From the NCBI GenBank assembly GCA_951406725.2, contig OX597821.1:31186001-31250000 (forward strand): 64,000 nucleotides of DNA, in the 5' to 3' direction. The position numbers and the translations under genes were made by a program. The notes under the pieces are model-generated. The model was not told the DNA's origin. It made no database searches and was given only the letters and a program-made list of their open reading frames with translations. This DNA is from Octopus vulgaris. Taxonomy: Eukaryota. Below, one piece after another: positions 53,810 to 64,000 of the stretch (positions are counted from its first letter, which is position 1; each line of letters starts with the position of its first letter).

Positions 53810-53850
<41 letters not shown>

Positions 53851-56800
53851 AAGACAGTAAGACTCAGATTGAGTGACAGACAAATAAAGTTATAATTAGG
53901 AAGGGATTCTTTGTGAGTATCTTTGTTCTCCCACCAAAGCTTGACAATCAGTGCTTGCGTTTACCTCCCTGTATCTTAGCGATAGATTAGGTACCAGCTT
54001 AGAAACAAATAATAAGTACTGGTGTAATTTTTTTTCAACTAAATTCTTGAAATCGGTGTCCAAGTATTGTTACAATCTGTTGACAAAAGCAGTTACAAGA
54101 TAAAAATTATATAAATTAATAGATCATAGAAAAATATTCGGTTGAAAAATTCTATTTTCTGGTCAACAATAGCAGATAAACATTTGTCTGGACTGTCCCT
54201 CGTTACCTATCATTGAATAGATATTTTGCTATTTTATGTCTTTAGGAAAATAACTCGAAATGAATCAAAATGTGATTCATAAATTCGGACATGATCCTAA
54301 ATGTTTTCAATTAAATTTTCTAGTATTTCTTCTAAATTGAAAGAAACAGGAATAAACATCTGATATAATGTATTATATATCTTCCATTTTGTTTGTTCTC
54401 GTTTGAAATGTTATTGTTAAATTTATTTCCTGATTTAACTTAGGAAAATTCGTGGTGCAGCTAATAAATGTGAGTTAGGAATACCATAATGTATACCCTA
54501 CTCTACTCCCAATATTCAATCTCAATTAGTGAATTGTTGGAATGTCACACTAAATGTTAGAGGCGTTTCAATATGTTTTGTTCAACAGAAGACGTTGTTT
54601 GCATTTAATCCTGTATTTCCATATTCCAAACCAGTTATGCAAAATCAATTTAGAAACTATTTTGAGCAATAACCATTAAATGTATTGTATTTAGATAAAT
54701 ATTATATTTATGTCATTCTTTATGTGACTATAAAAATAATTCCTACACTCCTTGAAGCATGACATACCTCAAATGTATTTATATTATTGTTAACTTGTAT
54801 ATTATTCAAAATCAATATATCGCTTATTTTTAATCTATAGGATATTTGATTTTCTTCTGAACTAATGAAAAACATTTTTACCTGTATACGTAACATAAAT
54901 TTTATGATAATGATTCCAATAATTGCTTTTATCTAATAATACAACAACATTGTTTCATCTGTGTACTAAATTTTCTATTCATTAGATATAATGGACTTAC
55001 ATGAAACCCACTTTAACATACTTAAATGTAAAAAATTAATGTTTGATTAAAACTGTAGAATCTCATAGAATCACACATTAACATAAACACATGTATAATC
55101 ATGACTGTATAATTTGTAATTCCATCGGTTCACTATTTCCAGAGGTTCACGAAACAGCCATCTTCTTTAAAAATAATTCTTTAAAAATAAGTTTAAATTT
55201 ATGTAGACATCAAAAAACGTTTGCATGCATTGCTCTTTATTTAAGACTCTCACTTAACAACCATCAGCATCGCTTTTTCTTTTACCTGTAGTTCACCTCT
55301 ATAGAGCAATTTCCTTCATTATATATTACAAGGTGTCCATTCATTCTAATAATCATAACTTCCTGGAAAGCTTGCATTAAACTCTATTCGCAATGAGAGG
55401 GCGTCAGTTGAAAATTTAACAATCACCATTTCATACGAAATAAAGCCGCTCGAGCCGGCAACAATTACGATTACATTTCGCTTTTCTATAGTTTATACAT
55501 TTTCTATTGGTTTAAAATTTTGGCAAAAGGCCAACCTATCCAGTTTCTATTGAGAATAAAATTTAACTCTGCGAGCGGGTATATGTACTGTTGACGACAT
55601 ATATAATAAAACAATCACAGTTGCGTCAAAGTGTATCGAATATGTCTCAACAGTATATGTATGCGTATGAACCTATTTGTGTGTGTATCTGTATATGCAC
55701 GTGTGTGTGAGTATGGGGAAAAATATGTTTACCCATTGGCATGTAAATATGACGATGACTTGCATTGTGGAGTGTTCTTTGAATTATGTGTAAAAATATT
55801 GAGTAATTCTAAATATATTTTACCACTATTTTCATTAAGTAGAGAAAAAACATGCAATTTACTGGTTGCGTATGTATAAAAATTCCTATATTTGCAAAAC
55901 ATAAAAGAATGTGGCTTCATAAGAGGCAATTCATCTCACATTGGCGGTTATAAGGCAATCTTTTCCGCAGTTAAAAAATTAAAAAGTCGCAATTGCCTTT
56001 ATAAAAAATATAAAATATTTTTATATCTAATAAAAAGTTATAGAGAAAAATAGAAGTTATGTTTGCAAGAAAAATAACTTGGATTATACCGTTAATAATT
56101 TAACTGGTAGAAAATATAAATGCATTTATTATTTTCAGATTATTTCCTGTGATCATGATACGTACATTTTAAGGTATGCATTTAAAAGAAGAAAAAAATA
56201 AAGAAAATAGTTTGTAGTATCCAAATATAAGGAATAAGATTGCGCATACGCACAAACAGAAACACATTTATATATATATATGATTTTAAAATCTTTTCAC
56301 ATAGCAAGTAACGAGGCTTCTCACTTTTTTTTATTTCATTACGTCCGTGCTTATTTCTAAAAAGGAAAACTTATTCGGCCTGTTGAAGACATTTACTGGC
56401 AAAGTTCTGAATTTTCACGGCAAAGTAATTAAATGTGTAAATACGATTAGAAGCCAAGACCAATAGTTTAGGATTAACATTAATTCATGAAACGCCAAGT
56501 TACTCCGGCAGGGGGTTTGATTGGTTTTGCTTCAATGCCAAAACATTAGAAAAGGAAACTTCGAAATGACAGTGCCAGCTTACCAATTATAGAGTGCTCA
56601 TAAATAACTTGAAATCGTTGAAAGTTGCAGCAAAGATTGAAATATCTTATTTTATATCATTATTGAAAACGTCAATTAATTATTCCAGACCAAGCTATCC
56701 GAAGGGTTATGTGGTATATGAAATCCTATATTTTTGATAAATAACATACTGGAAAAGTAATTCGTAAATTGTTTAGAGATGGGAAAAAATTATACCATTG

Positions 56801-58789
56801 ATATTAACATGATCACGGTTCAGTGTGTTTGGTTGTACATGCGTGTATGTGTATGCATACACACACTCAAATACACGTACATATACATACACGCAAATAT
56901 ATAAAGACGCAAATACAGATATACATTAATATATATTCATAGATTTAGTCTGTCTTTAGGTTCTGAGTCCAAATTCCCCCGAGGTCAACTATCTTTCTTC
57001 CGTTCGCTATCGATAAACATGGTGCAGGTTACAGATTGTACATGTGTTGATCTAATAGACGCCTCCCTGCCCCGCAAATTTAAGGTATTGTGCCTAGAAA
57101 AGAATATATATTTATACACGTATATAGAGCTATATGAATCTTCAATATTGATTTCAAACGTTGGCACAAAGATAATAATTTTGAGCTAGGGGTTAGTCGA
57201 CTTCATCGACGGTAGTACGAAACTGGTACTTATTTCATTTCCCACGAATGATGAAACACTAAGTCGACCTCGGTGGAATTTGAACTCAAGATATAAAGAC
57301 GGGCAAAATGCCGATGAACACTTTATCAGGCGTGCTAAAGATACTGACAGCTCGCCGCTTTATATAAATCCTTGATATCAACTTCAAATGTAGGCACAAG
57401 GCCAGCAATTTCGTGGAAGGTGGGGTGTCGATTGCATCGATCCGGTGCTTAACTGGTACTTATTTTGTCTACCCCGATAGGATGAAAGGCAAAGTCGACC
57501 TCCGCACAATTTGAACGCAGAACGTAATGACGGACGTATACTACTCAGCGTTTTGCTTGGCATGCTAAATATTCTGCAAACTCAGCACTTCATAAATCAC
57601 TAATTTTGAAAGCAATAGTGTTTTCCAGTTTGAAAATATTTACTTAATTAATTAAGTATTTCTTTATTGGTTAATAATATTACATTTAGAAGAATAATGT
57701 ACTTAAATCTGTTATGGTTAATAGAGAATATTTGCTAGCCTTTTTTAATCATTAACAATAATCGTGCGCTGGTGTCGCGTTTTCCTGTAACCCTCGTAGG
57801 ATCGTCGATGGATGTTTTGTAGGAAATCATCAGCCTTCCTTAAATTTGTTTAAAATTTAATCACTTTAACAGTTCATTTTGCCAGTACTCAATTTTTCGC
57901 ATTTAAACGTATTGATAGTAAATGTTTCATAGTGAATTATGAGAGATTTTAAATAGAACTGAATAATTATCGACGAACCTATATACCCCTTGGAGATTTA
58001 TATTATCATTTCTATAGTCAGTCAATCCTTGATTTAAATGCATGGTTAAAGGCGTAGAAGTGTGATAAGTTCGTGCTTGATTTAATTGGTTTTGTCAAAC
58101 GATTTAGGATGGTCATCGTTATATTGGCGTACTATAATGAGTTAGTGCTTGACATGATTTCTGAATTGGTAATGTCTCTGGTTATATTTACATATGCACA
58201 AAATTCGGACATCTTATATTAAATTTTAAAATATAGTTAATTCAAATCCACAGATTTTTCTATATTCTCGATATTAGGAAAATATATTCTATTGCAAAGG
58301 AACTTAGGAATCAGGTAGTAAGTTCTACGTCAGATGGAAGAGATATTACACAATGTAGCATATACCTGAATGAATGCAGTATTGTAACTGTTGGCAGATT
58401 TTTCATATGACACTAGATAATGTATGTCTAACATTTCCCACAGTTCTAGCATCCGTCATGTTGAGGTTATCAACATTTCAGCACACCTTCGCAAATACGC
58501 CAGAGTTCCTGTATTACTAAACAAATACAAGTGTCAGTCTACTTTGTCCGATAATTGAGTGCATTACTGCGTATGCCTGCATGTATTTGGATGCACATAG
58601 ATATAGATAAATATATAGGTATACAAAAAATATGCAACAACATACCCATCACACCAAATTTCTTTCATCAGTCTATGTATTTATTTATCGATATAGATAG
58701 ATATGCATGTACTTACATACATGCATGATGGCCGTCCACTCGTGACCGAGGAAGTCCATTAATGATCTTCAGGAACATTGTGCGCTCTA

Positions 58790-60551
58790 GGACTAACTTA
58801 TATATAGTTGCTGCGTGGGTATTTTCATAGCCCGCTGAATACCATTTTGTATAGGTTATGACGGGTATTTTTGTTTGAGGAGAAATTCTTTCAGTTCCAT
58901 CAGGCGCTGATTCCTGATCTTCAAATCTTCTACAATGGTACATATTCTTATGGGTAAACATTATGGGATATTATCTTTTGTGTCCGGTGGATAGCACGAT
59001 TTAAAATTCAGGTATTGATGTGTTTCTCTGTGATTATCTTTATATATATAAAACTGAAAATGTGTGTGTGTGTGTCTGTCTGTCGTGTGTTTCCCTAAAA
59101 CTTGAGAACTACTCAACCAATTTCATTCAAATTTCACACATGCCTTACTTAGGGTCCATGTAGTTTCGTGGGTAAAAAAATGCTCAAATTCTTGCCTAGA
59201 GCGAGCCCATAGCAATATCATATCTTCTCCATTATTTCAGTATTACGTGTTAAAAGTGAAACAAAAACATTTCTCTATTTTATGTCAGATACTTTCACTT
59301 TAACAATAAAAATAATAATAACAATTGAATTATATGTAGTAAGTAATAATTAATTCGAGCTAAAGTATAATATAATCGTAACATAACAAACGTAAAATTA
59401 GCAATTGGTATATAATTACATGAATGACTTAAACTTGATTAATTGGTTTCACATGAATGGGAATAAATTAAAAATAAAATTAGAATAGAATAGTCCAGAT
59501 GGATAATAAAAAATTAAATTAAAGAAAAGATTATTGTCTATAAAGTATACAATGTAGAGAAAAAAGAAGATTTGAACACATGGAGGAAAGCACCTCCGAA
59601 AAGTCTCTTGGTGCGACTATGAAAGATATCTAATCAGAGACGGTAAATTCACCACAATAGAAGCAAGGTTCGAGTCGACGGAGCGTGCAAGGGAGTACTC
59701 GACTCGAACTTGCAAAGTGGAAATATTTTATTTATACCTTTATAACTGGGACGTAGGACGTCCCGGAAAAAAAATTAAAATGCCCCCCTCCCCCCAGAAG
59801 TAGGGGTAGGCTGGATTGTAGCCACTCTTCTATACAATAGGGAGGGCAAGATACAATTGATCGAAATTACAAGAGACGGGCTAAAAATTCCAGTCTGTTA
59901 TATATTTTGAGTATTGTTATCACTCGTGATATCAAGATATAACTTTGTATTTTGTAATTTATGTGTAGATGTATATATATAGATGTACGTGTAATATGTA
60001 CACATATATATACGCACATACACATGCACTAGCACTATCACCCGACAACGACGGGTCTTTAATGCTAGTAATATATATTTATGGTAATGGTGGTTTATAA
60101 TTACTATTATATCAATGAATGGTAATTTGGTACTGCTCATTTCCTTTGTAAATTGGATAGATTGGTGTAGGTTGTTCAGGAAGGTATTGAATACCTCCAC
60201 AGTGTTTTGAGATTTTGTCCAGATTATGAAGCAATAGTCGAGGCATCTCTTTCATGCCTTTTCAATATACTTTCTAAATTCAGTGCTATATCTCTCCTCT
60301 ATATCTTTGTAGAGGTATTGTTCGAAGTATCCCATCACTGAGTTTGCGTAAACGAGAGCAAACCTAGTTCCCATGGACGTGCCTTTATTTGAGATGTAAT
60401 TCTTTCCACTGAAGAAGAAAGTGTTGTTTTCCAGAATAAGTCTGACTGAGTCTAATATAAGTATCACTGTGAATCTTTTGGGAATTGCTTCTCTATGTTT
60501 GTCTATCCAGTATTTAAATAGCTTGTTACGATAGTTAATAACGTCCATCAT
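58790..60551 (-). pseudogene. Penelope-like element reverse transcriptase fragment, interrupted by a Helitron
   Basis: LILENNTFFF..KGTSMGTRFA.VYAN.VMG.FE; KRCLDYCFIIW; FLNNLHQSIQFT.E...LPFID; after the insertion HQYLNFKSCYP..K.NIP..LPIRICTI..RLMELK.FL.KQKYP. Confidence 0.88.
59037..60068 (+). mobile_element. Non-autonomous Helitron
   Basis: A|TC 5' end (atctttatatatataaaa), 3' hairpin cccg-acaacga-cggg then CTAG|T, no TSD. Confidence 0.9.
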
Positions 60552-61090
60552 TTAATAAAAGTGAAATAGCTTTTTTCGTTCCGGCACTAACATATAGAAC
60601 CGGATTTACACGCTAACATACGCAAAGCATTTGAAACTTTTATCTTTTAACTAAATGTTTCATTTGCAACGGGATATAAAATAGATTATTATTACTTGTT
60701 TTGAACTCATACTCAATATAAACTTTAAAATTTGAAGAAAATTATAAATCTATATATTGTAGATTTTCTTATATATTGCCTACTATAATATCACACTTCA
60801 CTTAAAACTTGATGATTTTTGGATTACTATATCTTTACTGTATTTTTCTCTCAACGAAACTTTTTTTGCCTACCACACCGTACTCAGTTATCTTTTCAGT
60901 GTTCTTTGAAATTTTAGTCAACGAATATAAATTATAAATTAGGTATCTATTTTAATGATGCGGTGCTTCTGCTTTACTAAATACGTTCCAGATGCAAAAT
61001 TTACTATACTCTTTACATAAGCAATTTAGCGAAATAACATGCCCATGTCAATATATATTTTTTCAATATTCATATTTATAAAGATACATG

Positions 61091-61124
<34 letters not shown>

Positions 61125-61399
61125 TGTATGTATGTATGTATGTATGTATGTATGTATGTATGTTTGTAAGTATGTAGGTGAGTGGTCATGTACAGAGGAA
61201 GAGGAAGAAACTGGGTGATGGTCTTCTAATACCCAGTTAACAAATTCTAAAGAATTTAAATTCCGTACGCTCACATAAGCGCATATATCTTGAGGTGTAT
61301 TTGTTAGAGAAACAAATACAACTGGGAAGATAATAAACAGATGGCAATATTTTGGGCGTACTTTAGTTAGTTTAGTTCACATGTTTCTCTGGAAGCAAA

Positions 61400-62300
61400 T
61401 GCACTAATTGACTTCCTATACGCCCAACGTGATATTGGAGAGAACATATTGGCATTCAATTTCCAGTGGCCTGTGGGAATTTAGAATTCAATGTTACGAG
61501 TAGTAACGTACCATGCGTAAAGCAATCCATCTGCTGGTGTTACGTTACATATAAACGTGTTCTTGAGTCCTTTTGTTCAAGTATGATTGCGCCTTGTAGC
61601 ATTAGGTTTGTGATAAAAGACTCCAATAACGATACACGGAAATAATCTATATATGGTCTAACTGGGAATGTAGTCACTGCAAATTAGTTCTCGCTAATGC
61701 AATACTATCTTTGGTGGTTGTCATCGGCGAATAGGTTAATTTCAAAAACAATGTTTATATATGATGGAAGTACCCAAAAGATTAACATATAAACAAGGAC
61801 GCTAGGTAATTAACGGCAGTTTCTCTTTATCTTAAAATGTGGTGGAACATGTTACCTTGGAAACCGAGTCACTAGAGATACAGAGAGATAGGTAGAGTTG
61901 CTGTGTCTTTACACTAGTATATGCTGTACACATCTACTCCTTAAATGCTTCTAAAATGTGATTTTTTTTCTATGACTCCTTTTAATTTTAAGATTGTTAT
62001 TCTTTAAGATAATCACTAAGGAATCAAGGTTTTTCTCAATAACACTTGATAGCTTTTCAACTGTCTCGGTTCGGTGTCTAGTGTGACAACTGATTGGATG
62101 AGTGTTTGTTTCACCTCCAGAGTAGCAGTTTGTATTAGCTTATATTAACTCAGCTGAAGTATGCGCCTTTCTCTTACACCCATTACAAAGTCCGTGGGAT
62201 CTTTGTGTTCCAAACAATTTCTGTGTTGAGACAATTAGTTATAATACAAATTACATCTACACTGAAACGAGAATTGAAGCGGATGAGTTGCTACTACTAA
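61400..62300 (-). mobile_element. Highly decayed LINE RT fragment
   Basis: INLFADD motif on the minus strand near 61720-61740; remainder degenerate. Confidence 0.35.
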
Positions 62301-62665
62301 CTTTCATTAAGTTTAAAGCAGTTAGGCGCTCTACCATATATACTAATTTATTAGTAACGTTTCTCATAAATTGTTACAATAATATATAATAATATATAAT
62401 ATTGTTACAATAAAATATTTTACATTTTTCAATACACGTTAACATATGGTGATTCTTCTTTAAATATTCATTGTTTATTAAACATACCCACTTCGAAAAA
62501 AAAAAGAAGAGATTCATTCCTTTCACCCAAGTTCTGACTTAATACTGATTTTGATGTTGGTGCTATAAATTCTACCTTTTAATTTTTTAACAAAATTTGG
62601 AGTTAGCTTTTAATTTCAAACTGTTATCTAATATGCGACATTTTATAAACATGTGTATAAACAGA

Positions 62666-62783
<118 letters not shown>

Positions 62784-63176
62784 TTTGAAATGATGTACAG
62801 ATATTGTATATTGAGAATTACAAGTTAGTCACAACCTAATACCAGAGAGCGTGCTAATTTTCGTTATAATACTTCTGCGTTGTAAGATAATGTACGAACT
62901 TGCATTTTGTACGAAATAACTAAAGAGCTTCCATGAATTCTTTCGATGTTTACTCTATAACATAGTCCGGGATGTTTCTTTCTTTTTTCTTTTAGATTTT
63001 TGACGTTTTGGCCGTTTCTTCCGTCAGAGAAATTGAATGCTTTGTTATTTTTGATATCCATGCACACATACAAGCGCACACACACACAGAGTCACAGATA
63101 CAGACACACACAGCTATAAAAATCCGTACATGTGCAAATATATATATGTATATATGTATATATATATATATATATA

Positions 63177-63520
63177 GAGTTGAACGCAGATGTTATTAAA
63201 ATTCTTTTACTTTCGACATATGTTTCGAAAACAAAGGAATAAACGGTGTAGATTGCATTTTACGCCGTTTATTCCTTTGGAATAAAACCGATGTTGTTAT
63301 CGAAACATATGTCGAAAGTAAAATAATTTTAATAACATCTGCGTTCAACTCCATTTATTTACTTATACGACACAAATTACTGCACATTAACCCTGAGTTT
63401 CTACCTTTGAGTAGGTCCCTTCATACATGTTACTTGCGTGAATTTTGCTACCCCGGTAACTGTTTATTGAATTTTCCATGTTAACGGTAAAAAAAAGGAT
63501 AATTCATTCATCTATTTATA
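63177..63520. mobile_element. Nested fold-back pLTR element with HHR substrate half
   Basis: Outer arms 63177-63228/63301-63351; inner arms aaaggaataaacggtgta/tacgccgtttattccttt; GAAAC ATAT GTC at 63302; in (TA)n. Confidence 0.7.
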
Positions 63521-64000
63521 TATATATATATATATACCCATGCAGCCAAATATCGGAGGGCTCATCTGATGAGCTCGAAAATATGGGATGATATTCTACA
63601 AACGGATTTTTCGATTCTCAAACACAAGAAAGCTAATTTCAATACCATGTGCCCTAATTAAAGACAAAATAAATTATCCAGTGGAAGCACTAAAACGATT
63701 ATGTCGCATCTGAACTGATTCTCGTATTTTACTGTTGTTCAAATATCAATAGATATTCAACAGGCATACCCCTGTTTATTAATGCACGTATGTACCTATG
63801 AGATGAACTTTATATGCTTTAGTTAGGATAGGAAACCATTCTCTTAATGTTGTTTTCACCTCTCTGGAGAATATAATGTTACAAGAATGAATGTAGATTC
63901 GTAATGTATCACGATATTACAGTACAAGCGGGCCGTATGATATCCTGGCTTTCTTATGGTTACTCACAGCTGAGGTGATGGAATTATTTGATAGAATGCA

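Noticed and set aside
55286-55362. Short minus-strand exon candidate (EVMIIRMNGHLVIYNEGNCSIEVNY)
   Set aside because: Short, with no partner exon or recognisable homology

Overview
AT-rich, microsatellite-dense eukaryotic DNA with no intact protein-coding gene that I can support. Most ORFs in the track are (TA)n/(CA)n artefacts. The tRNA-derived SINE repertoire looks like that of an octopod cephalopod (inference). The window holds three SINE families, CR1-like LINE ends, Tc1/mariner and hAT relics, MITEs, a non-autonomous Helitron, a Penelope-like (PLE) RT pseudogene and a few decayed host-gene exons (TLC-domain-like, NRF-like, one unidentified). The most striking signal is about a dozen short non-coding elements next to (TA)n tracts. 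They carry type I hammerhead ribozyme (HHR) folds, with canonical cores and all three stems at 4690-4748, 14289-14370, 15294-15400 and 15691-15795. Several form long fold-back palindromes or tandem units and share a 3' terminal hairpin, which suggests a diverse family of non-autonomous PLE/retrozyme-like elements. All folds and alignments were read by eye and need computational and experimental confirmation.
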